Part shown: positions 20,740 to 31,445 of the stretch, piece after piece | How positions within the stretch are numbered: the first letter of the stretch is position 1 | Layout of the letters: each line of letters begins with the position of its first letter | Origin: Calditrichia bacterium | Lineage (GTDB): Bacteria > Calditrichota > Calditrichia > JAJRVZ01 | Assembly (NCBI GenBank): GCA_963796965.1 | Contig: CAWCNS010000020.1 | Coordinates: forward strand, 13,794-77,793 | DNA: 64,000 nucleotides | Direction of reading: 5' to 3' | Position numbers and translations under genes: made by a program | Notes under the pieces: generated by a model | What the model saw: the letters and a program-made list of their open reading frames with translations, nothing else | Databases searched by the model: none | What the model was told of the DNA's origin: nothing

Positions 20740-23700
20740 ATGAGTCTAAAAATATCGAATAACATCTTAGTCCTTCCTTTTTTAATCTTACTATTGATGT
20801 TCAACTTTCTTATTGCCGGCACCACAGGAAAAATTAGCGGAATTGTGACCGATTCTGAAAATGGTGAACCGCTTCCCGGAACAAACGTCGTTTTAGAGGG
20901 CCAATATATGGGTGCGGCCACAGGTCTTGACGGGTACTATGTTATATTAAATATACCACCCGGTGAATATACCGTCCAGGTATCAATGATCGGATACCAA
21001 ACTGAAACCATGACCAATGTCCGGGTTTCTATTGACCGCACAATAAATCTGAATTTTGCCTTAAAAGATGCCCCCTTAGAGATCACTGAAGAAATTGTCG
21101 TTGTCGCGGACCGGGAAAAAATAAGACCAGATGTCTCTTTTACGCAGACATCTATGAATATTGAAGAAATGAAAACGGTTCCGGTCAGTCCGGATCTTCG
21201 TGAAGTGATTGCTTTTGCCCCCGGAGTCTATCGCAACGATAGGGGTCAGCTTGAAATTCGCGGTGGTCAAATGGACGAAGTAGGTATGTATGTTGATGGC
21301 ATATCGATGCAGAATTCCCGCACAGGTGTTGGTGTTCTCAACTTACCTCAAGCTGGTATAGAAGAGATACAGATAATACGTGGAGGGTTTAGTGCCGAAT
21401 ATGGCCAAGCACAAGCCGGTGTTATTAACGTTGTTACAAAGGAAAGTCAAAAGGAGTATCATGGTTCTCTCAATGCTCGTTATGGCCCGGCCCAGCAAAA
21501 ACATTTTGGTCCCAATGTTTTTAGTCCTGAGAACGAGTATCATGTAGGCCGATTTTTAAGTATGGACCCTGTATATAGAAGCATACCATGGACCGGAGAA
21601 GAGAACACCCTGGTTTTCCAGGGTTGGAACAACTGGTGGGCGGATTCCACAATTGAAAAAACGGATAGATATCACCCTGAGAGGACTTTCCCTTATGGAA
21701 CTACAGCGGAAGAAGCACGTGAGATTTGGATGTGGCGGCACCGTGAGCAAAAATATGGAGACGAACCCGATTATACAGTCGATGGTACATTTTCTGGTCC
21801 AATCCCCTTTACAGCTGATAAATTGAGCTTATTTATTTCTGGACACTATGACCGCTCAATATATCCCTTCAAATTTTCCAGGCCCGATTTTACAGAAAAG
21901 GCATTTAATGGAAAACTTATTTATAAAATAAACAATTCAATGAAGTTAGCCTACCATAACATGTATAGTTCTCAATCAGGAGCAATCTTCACTTCTGAAC
22001 TTGGCTCAACAAATATGGCGGACGCCCGTCATTGGCTAAGCTCGGCAAGGGTTATGGGAAGGGTCTTTGGATCAAGTACATCAAATCAAACAGGTATGTA
22101 TAATGGTGACGGCCAAACAAAGACCAGTGAATTGGAAGTGATTAATCATACCCTAAAGTTTGATTATACTCTAAATAATAGTTCATACTTAAAGGCCTTG
22201 GCTACCTATAGCAAAACGCAGGAGGGCGCCAAAATTGATCTGCCTTTTAGAGATTTTACCAATATCGTAAAAGTTATTGGTGGCGATAGTTTGGATTTAG
22301 CACCGCTCTTCCCTGTAAACAGAATTGGGTCTAATTATGTTAGTAATAATGATATTTTAGATGCCCACTCAATGGGAGGTATCAGTGGTGTTAGTTATTT
22401 TGATGATTCGATAAATGAAAGTGTAATACTAAAGGCAGATTATACAAATCAAATTAATAAGATACACATGATACAAGCCGGTTTATGGGGAATGCACACC
22501 AATATAAAACTAAATTATGGTGTTAAGGATGCTATTCACACAATAGATGGTGTTGAGGAATCGTTTCTTAAAAAGGAATGGTTCACCAGAGAAATTCCAT
22601 ATTCAGAATTTGCTTTATATGTTCAGGACAAGGCTGAATACCAAGGATTAGTACTAAATGTAGGATTCCGCCTCGATGGAATGTACAACAATGAACAAGA
22701 CTTCCCGGATTTTCATTCCTATTATAATAATGGATTTATTAGTGATAGCCTGTATCTCATACCCGAGTCTGATGCTCCGAGGGGTAATTTAAAATTATAC
22801 CTGTCACCTCGTATAGGCGTCTCACATCCTTTAACCGAGAACAGTAAATTATTTTTCAATTATGGATATTTCTATCAGCGGGCAACAATCGCGCAGTTAT
22901 TTAGCAATAATTATAAAATTGACTATTCAGGTGCTAGCCTAAGCGGTCTTTCTTCAGCAAACCTAAATTTTCGTAAAACAATTCAGTATGAACTGGGATA
23001 TGAACAAATGGTAAATGATTGGTTCAGAATTACAGTTTCCGGATATTATCGTGATATCTCTAATACGTTGGATAGGACAACGCTAACAAATATAGATCTT
23101 CAGGTTTACAGCCGTTTTTACAATACAGGTTTTGGAGAAGTGCGTGGATTTGAAGTGGATGTTCGCGTTCCCCGGCATCTGTTTATTAGCGGTTGGGCAA
23201 ATTATGACTACCGTTCTAAAAGTACCGGGGCCTATGGGTACGAATATTATGCAGAAGAAATCTCTGTTGGCAGAATTGAGGAGAAAGATCCTAAAGCAAC
23301 TGTCACCCGCGCGCAACCAAATTTTAGAGCCAATATAACACTCTATTCTCCGGAATTTGAAAAAAGCCAGATAATGCATCTCCTTTTGGCGGATTGGCAA
23401 GCCTCTTTTCTATATCAATGGCGATCAGGAAAATACATTACCTGGCATGAAAACGAAGATCTAAATCAAACAGATCCGTTTAATTTACAGTGGGAAGCAT
23501 TCACCCGCCTGGATTTACGGGTTTCCAAATTGTTTAACATAGGAGAAACGCAATTATCCCTTTATATGGATGTGCGTAATTTATTAAATGAGAAATATTT
23601 TCACCCCGAATTATTAGGTAATTTAAATTCCAATAGGGATTATACAAAGTTTACAAGTGAGGACTATTTTAAGGCTATTGACCGGCTTGGTCTAAAGCCG

Positions 23701-23808
23701 GGTAATGTAGAACATCCTGAAATAAAAAGCATGCTTGAGCAGTCAGCTTATTGGATATTTTACGGAGAGCCACGGCAATTTTGGTTTGGTGCAGAATTTA
23801 GTTTTTAA
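20740..23808 (+). CDS. TonB-dependent receptor with N-terminal carboxypeptidase-regulatory-like domain
   Basis: GTTGKISG...EPLPG, plug motifs IRGG...YVDG and GGFSAEYG.A..GVINVVTK, terminal Phe (GAEFSF). Confidence 0.9.
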   Translation: MSLKISNNILVLPFLILLLMFNFLIAGTTGKISGIVTDSENGEPLPGTNVVLEGQYMGAATGLDGYYVILNIPPGEYTVQVSMIGYQTETMTNVRVSIDRTINLNFALKDAPLEITEEIVVVADREKIRPDVSFTQTSMNIEEMKTVPVSPDLREVIAFAPGVYRNDRGQLEIRGGQMDEVGMYVDGISMQNSRTGVGVLNLPQAGIEEIQIIRGGFSAEYGQAQAGVINVVTKESQKEYHGSLNARYGPAQQKHFGPNVFSPENEYHVGRFLSMDPVYRSIPWTGEENTLVFQGWNNWWADSTIEKTDRYHPERTFPYGTTAEEAREIWMWRHREQKYGDEPDYTVDGTFSGPIPFTADKLSLFISGHYDRSIYPFKFSRPDFTEKAFNGKLIYKINNSMKLAYHNMYSSQSGAIFTSELGSTNMADARHWLSSARVMGRVFGSSTSNQTGMYNGDGQTKTSELEVINHTLKFDYTLNNSSYLKALATYSKTQEGAKIDLPFRDFTNIVKVIGGDSLDLAPLFPVNRIGSNYVSNNDILDAHSMGGISGVSYFDDSINESVILKADYTNQINKIHMIQAGLWGMHTNIKLNYGVKDAIHTIDGVEESFLKKEWFTREIPYSEFALYVQDKAEYQGLVLNVGFRLDGMYNNEQDFPDFHSYYNNGFISDSLYLIPESDAPRGNLKLYLSPRIGVSHPLTENSKLFFNYGYFYQRATIAQLFSNNYKIDYSGASLSGLSSANLNFRKTIQYELGYEQMVNDWFRITVSGYYRDISNTLDRTTLTNIDLQVYSRFYNTGFGEVRGFEVDVRVPRHLFISGWANYDYRSKSTGAYGYEYYAEEISVGRIEEKDPKATVTRAQPNFRANITLYSPEFEKSQIMHLLLADWQASFLYQWRSGKYITWHENEDLNQTDPFNLQWEAFTRLDLRVSKLFNIGETQLSLYMDVRNLLNEKYFHPELLGNLNSNRDYTKFTSEDYFKAIDRLGLKPGNVEHPEIKSMLEQSAYWIFYGEPRQFWFGAEFSF

Positions 23809-23850
23809 TTTATACTGTAGATGTGTTTGGCAAATTTGTAGGAGAAAAAT

Positions 23851-25848
23851 ATGCGATTTATAAAGTTTCTAACAATAACCCTAATTATGTTTGAATTTAC
23901 TTTTTTAAAAGCCCAGACTAATGGCCTCTTCATGGATGGAGGAAAATTTATGTGGCAAATAGAGGCAACAAACCAAGTTACTCATGGTGCTCCACAAAAC
24001 CCGAAGGCGAATGGCTATTATCCGGGTGATTTCAGGAGAGATATAGGTTACACGGGTTGTTGGCATGGCGGGCTTTATGAATATACCATTGGTGAAACCA
24101 ATCCATTCTCTCCGCCAAATAGTGTTGGTGTAACAAGGATGTTTCCCGGAGGTGCATCGAATAATGATCAGAAAAAGTATATGCGTTACGCCTATCCCGT
24201 TATCACGGTCGATGGACAAAATGCCGGATTGTACCAGGATCCACGATTTATTATTGACCCTACAATGGACTATGAAATGAAAGGTACCAACAGGGGAAAA
24301 GGTGCAATGGGGGTTACTCATTATACAACCATTTACTCCTGGAGCCATCCGGATTATCAGAATATTATCATTGAACATCAACAGATCATCAACGAAGGGT
24401 ACCGTGTTAAATGGTGGGAGCCATCTGCGGAAGATACCGTAACCGTAAATGATCTGGGAGAATATTTTGTAGGATATCATAGAGGTTATGCCCAGGGGGC
24501 CAGATCGATTGACCTTTTTGTTACTGAAACAAACTGGAATTTTTGGGGCTATGGCGTTCAGGATTCGGTTACCGACCCCAGCCAAATGCTAATGTACCAA
24601 TGGAACCCGGATAAAAAAGAAGCATCTCCTATAGAAGATGAAGGCGAGTGGAATATTGAGGATAATCGTTTTTGGTATCCATACTATTTTGGATTTGGAT
24701 ATTTAGACGCCAAGGGCCCCTTATTGAACAATGCGAACGTTACTTCGCCCAGACATTGGTGGGGCATCGAGAGTTATCCACATAAATTGTACAATACAAA
24801 TTCAGCGGGATTTAAAGCTTTTCTGCAGGCACGTTATAAATATGGTGTTGAACCCAATTTGTTTCAGCCTGACGGTGGACCCAACTCCTACGCCAATCCC
24901 CATGATAGGGATCCCGATGGCGATACCGATTATTTATTACCGAACGGCTGGGATGATGCTAATATGACCTTTTATTACGGACCTTTTGATATTTCCATTG
25001 GAGATACAATAGATATTTGGCAAACCCATCTTGCAGGGGGTATTGACCCTCATTACGCTAATGAACTTGGTGAAATATGGGCGGAAAAATTTGATCCGAA
25101 TACGTACCCTGCCGGGTGGTCCGATGAGGATATCGCTTGGAAAAATGATATTCTGCGCAGTGCCGGTATCAGCGATATGGTCAGCGGCTATGCCAAGGCG
25201 CGGGAAATTTATGCCAATGACATGAAAATTCCGAAAATGAACCTGGTTCCGCCGGCAGAGATCACGATTACCTCGGGAGGTGGAAAAGTAGATATTGAAT
25301 GGGCCGCTGTCCAGGGCGCCGTTTCCTATAATATCTACCGCGGCGAAGGGGAGGAAAAAAGTTTATTGTATGATAAGATCGATGGTGTGGAAGCTACTGT
25401 AACCGCTTATAGCGATACATCTGCCAGACGGAACTTTTCCTATTATTATTATGTGACAGCGGCAGATGAAGACGGTGTGGAAAGCAGTCATTATGTCGTC
25501 AGACCTCTGATACCGGCAACTCCGTTTTCTGAACAGGGACAGACTTTAGATGCTGTAAGAGTGGTGCCGAATCCCTATGTCTGGAACCCGCAGGGAGCGG
25601 ACGGTTATGGACCGGGTGAGGTAGATCGTATCACATTTGCCGGGCTGCCGGGACCCTGTAAGATAACCATATTTACCCTTACCGGTGATATTGTGGATGA
25701 AATTGATCATATATCAAAGGATGGTTCTTATCAATGGGACAACCGTACGAAGTATAATCAGTATATTTCCAGTGGTGTTTATATCTATCATGTGGAAAGC
25801 ACTGAAGGTAAGGGATCAAAAATCGGTAAATTCATAGTAATTCGATAA
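23851..25848 (+). CDS. Secreted TBDR-partner protein with Fn3 domain and variant C-terminal sorting domain
   Basis: Signal peptide, Fn3 (SYNIYR...YYYYVTAAD) and C-terminus VRVVPNPY...ITIFTLTGD...SGVYIYHV...GKFIVIR. Confidence 0.7.
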   Translation: MRFIKFLTITLIMFEFTFLKAQTNGLFMDGGKFMWQIEATNQVTHGAPQNPKANGYYPGDFRRDIGYTGCWHGGLYEYTIGETNPFSPPNSVGVTRMFPGGASNNDQKKYMRYAYPVITVDGQNAGLYQDPRFIIDPTMDYEMKGTNRGKGAMGVTHYTTIYSWSHPDYQNIIIEHQQIINEGYRVKWWEPSAEDTVTVNDLGEYFVGYHRGYAQGARSIDLFVTETNWNFWGYGVQDSVTDPSQMLMYQWNPDKKEASPIEDEGEWNIEDNRFWYPYYFGFGYLDAKGPLLNNANVTSPRHWWGIESYPHKLYNTNSAGFKAFLQARYKYGVEPNLFQPDGGPNSYANPHDRDPDGDTDYLLPNGWDDANMTFYYGPFDISIGDTIDIWQTHLAGGIDPHYANELGEIWAEKFDPNTYPAGWSDEDIAWKNDILRSAGISDMVSGYAKAREIYANDMKIPKMNLVPPAEITITSGGGKVDIEWAAVQGAVSYNIYRGEGEEKSLLYDKIDGVEATVTAYSDTSARRNFSYYYYVTAADEDGVESSHYVVRPLIPATPFSEQGQTLDAVRVVPNPYVWNPQGADGYGPGEVDRITFAGLPGPCKITIFTLTGDIVDEIDHISKDGSYQWDNRTKYNQYISSGVYIYHVESTEGKGSKIGKFIVIR

Positions 25849-25867
25849 TCGGGGAAGGATCCAGATA

Positions 25868-26846
25868 ATGAAAAAAGGTATCAAGTTTATCACCGTATTA
25901 TTCATGCTGTGCTTTGTACATGAATCAGCGTTATCTCAACTGGTATTTGATGATTTTAATAAAGTCGGGCAGGCCGGATTTAAATTCTTATCAATAGGCG
26001 TCGGTGCCCGCAATACAGCCATGGCAGGTGCCGCGGCAACCAATGAAGGGGACGCAGTCTCTTTATTTTGGAACCCGGCCGGTATTGTATCCATGGAAAA
26101 TATTGGATTTTTTGCCGGGTACACGCAGTGGTTTGCTGATATCAGCCAGTCATCTGTATCAGCCGTCATCCCGGTAAGCTGGATTGGCCATATTGGACTT
26201 AGCGCATCAGTGATGAACTATGGTGATATTGAGTCAACTATTGTGCCTGGAGTGGATAATGATAACGATATCGGTTATATCGACAACGGCATTATCAACC
26301 CTTCTGCCTATCAGGTTGGATTGACCTATGGAAAGGCATTGACTCAAAATTTTCATTTTGCCCTAACAGTTAAATATGCACATGAAGATCTTGTGGAAAT
26401 GGAAAAAGGTGCTGTCGCTTTTGATTTTGGCACGATTTATAATGCCCAGGTTCATGATATAAAAATAGCGGTAGTGATGCAGCACTTTGTATTTGAGGAA
26501 TTAAGCTGATATAAATCAGGATTTTATGCTGCCCCTGACATTCCGGGTTGGGTTTTCGGTTGATGCCCTAAGCCTCAGTGGTGTAGATTCTGAAACCTCA
26601 AAATTGAATTTGGCCATTGAAGCGGCAAAACCGCGTGATTATTCTGAGCGAATTCATTTGGGCGCAGAATATTGGTATAGAGATCTTCTCGCACTCCGTG
26701 CCGGGTACCGTTTTAATTATGACACCGAAGGACTGACACTGGGTTTTGCCATAAAATACAATGTATTTGAATTGGGTTATTCCTTTGTTAATTATGACAG
26801 CCGTTTAGGCAATGTGAGTCGTTTCGGCCTTATGTATAATATGTAA
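25868..26846 (+). CDS. PorV/PorQ-like outer-membrane beta-barrel; one apparent frameshift near 26507
   Basis: FLSIGVGAR..AM, FWNPAG, LPLTFRVG, GAEYWY and LRAGY motifs. Removing one G after AGCT joins the ORFs as EELSYINQDFMLP. Confidence 0.8.
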
Positions 26847-27123
26847 GCGGGAAATAGGAATTACAGTATCGAGGTAAGCCGGCGTATAGAAGAATTAAAT
26901 TATAAGAAGCGTTGAAAAATGTAACTAGTTCAGATTGATATTTTTGCAAATTGATTACATAAATCCATGATTGGAGGTAAGTATGTCAGTAAATTGCAGA
27001 GGAGACCCACCTATAGACATAAATTAAATTTCTTTTTACAGGTCTATGCTCTTATCGCAACATATGCTGAGTTGTAGACCGGAGTTGTTAAAATTAATTA
27101 CAATGTACGAGGGGAGAAACAAA

Positions 27124-29481
27124 ATGAAATATTTGCCACGATTTAGTTTTTTAACATTATCTCTTGTTTTTATGCTCATGGTTAGTTTAGGAGCTCAGAC
27201 AACCATAGAGTTTGAAGCAGAAGATTTTGATTACAATGCAGATCCCGTTGGTACCTGGCTTGTTATTGATGATGCCAATGCTTCAGGCGGAAAAAGTCTT
27301 AAGCAAATTAATACGAATTATAAAACAGGAATTTTTGTTGGTTGGAAATTTGAAACAACTTCTGCAACCGATACAGTTTATTATGTATGGTATAAAATGA
27401 GAGTAACTGTTGGCTCAAACAGAGAATTTAGCAGGGTATGGATTAATTGGGACCAGGATGTTAATACTGATGGTACAACCTGGCCCAACCAAGGAGAGCA
27501 TGCTTGGTATGCAGATGAGTACTATTATGATATGGATACTACATTTCATTGGTACCAAGGATTTGGCTCTTACCACGGTATTACAGCAGATTCACTGATT
27601 TTTCAACCCGGTCAACATGAACTATTTTGGCGCCAGAGAGATTTGAATTATTACGCATGCGACAAAATTATTATTACAAATGATTTAACTTTCAGACCTG
27701 AATATACTATTGAAGAATGGGAAGCAGAAGGATGGCCGATAAGCACTCCCCTGGAAGTAATTGCAGAAGCAGGCGCATCGGGTGACTCGGTAGTAGCCAC
27801 CCAAGGCGGAAGTGGAACAATAAGTAATGTGGATCTCTTAAATGGTAATTTAGATATAGGTGTTCGTGATGGACGTGTAGCAGAGGATACTTATTACTTA
27901 TGGATGTTGGTAAATCTGCCATCGGAGAGTGCCAACTCGTACTGGATAGGTATGGGAGATGAAGGGATTATCCCGCCAAGCTGGGAAGGAGCCGTAACAA
28001 GTGGTTACGAATGGCGTCAATTAACGGATGATTTAGGAGCTGTAAAGCCACTTTATATTGTTACAGAAGATTTCAATGCCTTCTCAACTATACGACTTAA
28101 GCAGCAGGAAGAAGGAACAAAGATTGATAAGTATTTACTTACCAATGACGCCAGTTATGTTCCAACAAATCCTGGTGGATCGGGTGAGAAAACAACCATA
28201 GAGTTTGAAGCAGAAGATTTTGATTACAATGAAGACCCCGATGCTACCTGGCTTGTTATTGATGATGTCAACGCTTCAGGCGGACAAGGCCTTAAACAGA
28301 TCAATACAACTATTAAAGCAAAAAAATTCGTAGGCTGGAAATTTGAAACCACATCGGCAACGGATACAGTGTATTATGTGTGGTATAAAATGAGAGTTAC
28401 CCCTGAATCAAACAGGGAATTTCACAGAATATATTTCAATTGGGACCAGGATACGAGTGTCGCTGGTACAGATTGGCCATTTCAAGAGGAGCAAGGCATT
28501 TATGCTCATGAATACTATTTTGATAAGGATACGTCATATCATTGGTACCAAGGATTTACATCTTACCACGGTATTACAGCAGATTCACTGATTTTTCATC
28601 CGGGTCAACATGATTTATTTTGGCGCCAGAGAGATAATAATTATTACGTTTGCGACAAAATTATTATTACAAATGATTTAACTTTCAGACCTGAATATAC
28701 TATTGAAGAATGGGAAGCAGAAGGATGGCCGATAAGCACTCCCCTGGAAGTAATTGCAGAAGCAGGCGCATCGGGTGACTCGGTAGTAGCCACCCAAGGC
28801 GGAAGTGGAACAATAAGTAATGTGGATCTCTTAAATGGTAATTTAGATATAGGTGTTCGTGATGGACGTGTAGCAGAGGATACTTATTACTTATGGATGT
28901 TGGTAAATCTGCCATCGGAGAGTGCCAACTCGTACTGGATAGGTATGGGAGATGAAGGGATTATCCCGCCAAGCTGGGAAGGAGCCGTAACAAGTGGTTA
29001 CGAATGGCGTCAATTAACGGATGATTTAGGAGCTGTAAAGCCACTTTATATTGTTACAGAAGATTTCAATGCCTTCTCAACTATACGACTTAAGCAGCAG
29101 GAAGAAGGAACAAAGATTGATAAGTATTTACTTACCAATGATCCTGATTATGTACCGATGGTTACTGCCATAGATGATGGCCTTTCTAATGGAACGCAGC
29201 CGCGGGTATTCTCAGTTGCGCAGAATTATCCCAATCCATTTAATCCTTCTACAACCATTGCTTATTCATTGCCTAAAACGGCTGAAGTAGAAGTATCCGT
29301 CTATAATATTCTCGGTAAAAAAGTTGTCACGCTTGTGAATGGTGTACAACAGGCGGGGAATCAGGAAGTGAAATGGAATGGATTGAACACGGTCGGTAAC
29401 CGCGTTTCAACAGGTATTTATTTTTATATGGTGAAATACCAGGATAAAGTTGAACACAAGAAAATGTTATTGCTGAAATAA
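27124..29481 (+). CDS. Secreted protein with a duplicated pair of CBM-like beta-sandwich modules (A1-B-A2-B) and a T9SS-type CTD
   Basis: FEAEDF / WEAEG module starts (CBM6/35-like), 331-aa internal repeat and CTD QNYPNPFNP. Start at ATG 27124 after GGGGAG. Confidence 0.75.
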   Translation: MKYLPRFSFLTLSLVFMLMVSLGAQTTIEFEAEDFDYNADPVGTWLVIDDANASGGKSLKQINTNYKTGIFVGWKFETTSATDTVYYVWYKMRVTVGSNREFSRVWINWDQDVNTDGTTWPNQGEHAWYADEYYYDMDTTFHWYQGFGSYHGITADSLIFQPGQHELFWRQRDLNYYACDKIIITNDLTFRPEYTIEEWEAEGWPISTPLEVIAEAGASGDSVVATQGGSGTISNVDLLNGNLDIGVRDGRVAEDTYYLWMLVNLPSESANSYWIGMGDEGIIPPSWEGAVTSGYEWRQLTDDLGAVKPLYIVTEDFNAFSTIRLKQQEEGTKIDKYLLTNDASYVPTNPGGSGEKTTIEFEAEDFDYNEDPDATWLVIDDVNASGGQGLKQINTTIKAKKFVGWKFETTSATDTVYYVWYKMRVTPESNREFHRIYFNWDQDTSVAGTDWPFQEEQGIYAHEYYFDKDTSYHWYQGFTSYHGITADSLIFHPGQHDLFWRQRDNNYYVCDKIIITNDLTFRPEYTIEEWEAEGWPISTPLEVIAEAGASGDSVVATQGGSGTISNVDLLNGNLDIGVRDGRVAEDTYYLWMLVNLPSESANSYWIGMGDEGIIPPSWEGAVTSGYEWRQLTDDLGAVKPLYIVTEDFNAFSTIRLKQQEEGTKIDKYLLTNDPDYVPMVTAIDDGLSNGTQPRVFSVAQNYPNPFNPSTTIAYSLPKTAEVEVSVYNILGKKVVTLVNGVQQAGNQEVKWNGLNTVGNRVSTGIYFYMVKYQDKVEHKKMLLLK
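27658..29141 (+). repeat. 491-bp identical intragenic direct repeat (27658-28148 = 28651-29141, offset 993)
   Basis: Compared base by base by eye; identical antisense ORFs at 27707 and 28700 in the track agree. Confidence 0.9.
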
Positions 29482-29506
29482 GATTTTGAGATTTTTGTAT
29501 TTCCGC

Positions 29507-29539
29507 AAACCCGGCGGTTGTTATACTGCCGGGTTTTTT
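29507..29539 (+). terminator. Rho-independent terminator
   Basis: AAACCCGGCGGT-TGTTAT-ACTGCCGGGTTT stem-loop ending in a T6 tract, just after the stop at 29481. Confidence 0.75.
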
Positions 29540-29561
29540 AACTTTGGAAGATAACCGAGGG

Positions 29562-29915
29562 ATGAAAATGAAGTCTATTAATGCACTAATTATTTTGGTT
29601 ATGTTCTTTTTTTTAATGAGTTCAGAGTTATGCGCTCAGTTATCTTATGCCGAAGGCGGGCCACTAGTGGAAGATCCAAGATTTGAGGTTGTCCCGGAAT
29701 TAAGGCGTTATGTCGATACAATAAGCGGCAATGATGACAATGATGGCAAAACTCCGGTAACAGACTGGAACACTCAGTAAAATTAATAGCCAAAAGAGTA
29801 CATTTTTACCAGGATTTCATGTTCTTTTTAAACGGGGTCAATCATGGACGGGAGATTTAGGTTCCGAAGCATTGCCGCATGGTGCTGAAAATAAGCGTAT
29901 AGTTTTAGGGGCATG
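29562..29915 (+). pseudogene. Truncated paralogue of the beta-helix gene at 31446
   Basis: MKMKSINALII...AQLSYAEGGP...GNDDNDGKTP...FLPGFHVLFKRGQSW...RIVLGA aligns with 31446-31800, then stops. Confidence 0.85.
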
Positions 29916-30007
29916 GCATGAGCTGGGGTGAACCATTAATGGAAAAAAATACTAAGCCGGCGGCCGGAACTGTTTAAATAACTACAATGTTCATGAGGAG
30001 AAACAAA

Positions 30008-31366
30008 ATGAAATATTTGATACGATTTAGTTTTTTAACATTATCTCTTATTTTTGCACTCATGGTTAGTTTGGGAGCTCAATCAACTATAGAGTTTGAA
30101 GCGGAAGATTATGTTTACAATGAGGACCCAAATAGCACGTGGCTGGTAATGGATGATGTTGGAGCATCTGGAGGTCAGTTTATATCTCAGGTTCAACAAA
30201 TCAGATCGTATAATGCTATTGGTTGGGAATTTGAGACAATTTCAGCAACAGATACCATCTACTATATATGGTATTATGCAAGAAGACCACTAAACTCTTC
30301 GTTTGATTATAATCGTTTTTATGTGAATATGGATGGGGACACCAATACAGTTGGTTCCAGCTGGCCATTCCAATACTTTAATAATTTACAATTTCAGGAA
30401 GAAGCCGCAGATAGTGTTTATGATTGGCTTTGGTACCAAAACCATGACGGCGCGAAACATGACTCGATATATATTCAGCCCGGCCAGCATGTTTTATATC
30501 TTCGCCACCGAGATCCTGCTTTCTGTGAAATAGACAAGATAAAAATTACTAACGATCTAACATGGCAGCCAGATGTAAAATATGAATGGGAAGCGGAAGC
30601 ATGGCCGTTAGCTGCACCACTGGAAGTGGTATCTGAAGCAGGCGCATCAGGCGATTTGGTAGTAGCCACACAAAGTGGAAGCGGAACAATAAGCAGTATT
30701 GATCTTCTAAACGGCAACTTAGATGTTGGCTTTCGCTCCGGCCGTGTTGCAAATGCCGATTATTACCTGTGGTTTTTAGTAAACCTTCCTTCAGAAGCAG
30801 CCAATTCCTATTGGATAGGTACAGGCGATGAAGGGATTATCCCACCAACTGGGAAGGCGCAGTAACAAGTGGTTATGAATGGCGTCAATACACCGACGAA
30901 TTAGGGGCAGTTAAGCCACTTCATGTCTCTACAAATGGTAGTTTCAATGAGTTCCATACCTTACGCATTAAGCAGCAGGAAGAAGGCACAAAGATTGATA
31001 AGTATTTACTTACCAATGATCCGGAATATGTACCGCCAGTAAATTCCGGAATTGGTGATGACCTGTCTGAAAACGGACATCAGCCGGCAGAATTCTCGGT
31101 TGCACAGAATTATCCTAACCCGTTTAACCCGTCAACAACTATCAGTTACACCTTACCGAGTACAGTCTAAAGTAGACGTAATTATTTATAATATGCTGGG
31201 TGGAAAAGTGGCTACCCTTGTTAACGGGATACAGCAGGCAGGATTTAAAGAAGTTAAATGGAATGCATTAAACTCAGCAGGTAATAACGTTGCTTCAGGA
31301 ATTTATTTTTATTTGGTAAAATTCAAGGGCAAAGTTGAATATAAAAAGATGATTTTAATTAAATAG
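30008..31366 (+). CDS. Paralogue of 27124 with a single A-B module pair plus CTD; apparent frameshifts near 30849 and 31166
   Basis: Same signal peptide (MKYL.RFSFLTLSL), FEAED and WEAEA modules, QNYPNPFNP. Both shifts repair by restoring AGCT. Confidence 0.75.
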
Positions 31367-31445
31367 GATTTATAAATTTTTGTATTTCCGGAAAATTGAC
31401 AGTTGTTATACTGCCGGTTTTTTAACTTTGGAAGATAACCGAGGG

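Noticed and set aside
27200..29141. Diversity-generating retroelement (template/variable repeat pair)
   Set aside because: Differences between the A modules include many synonymous third-position and non-adenine changes. Both copies are coding, and no reverse transcriptase is in the window.
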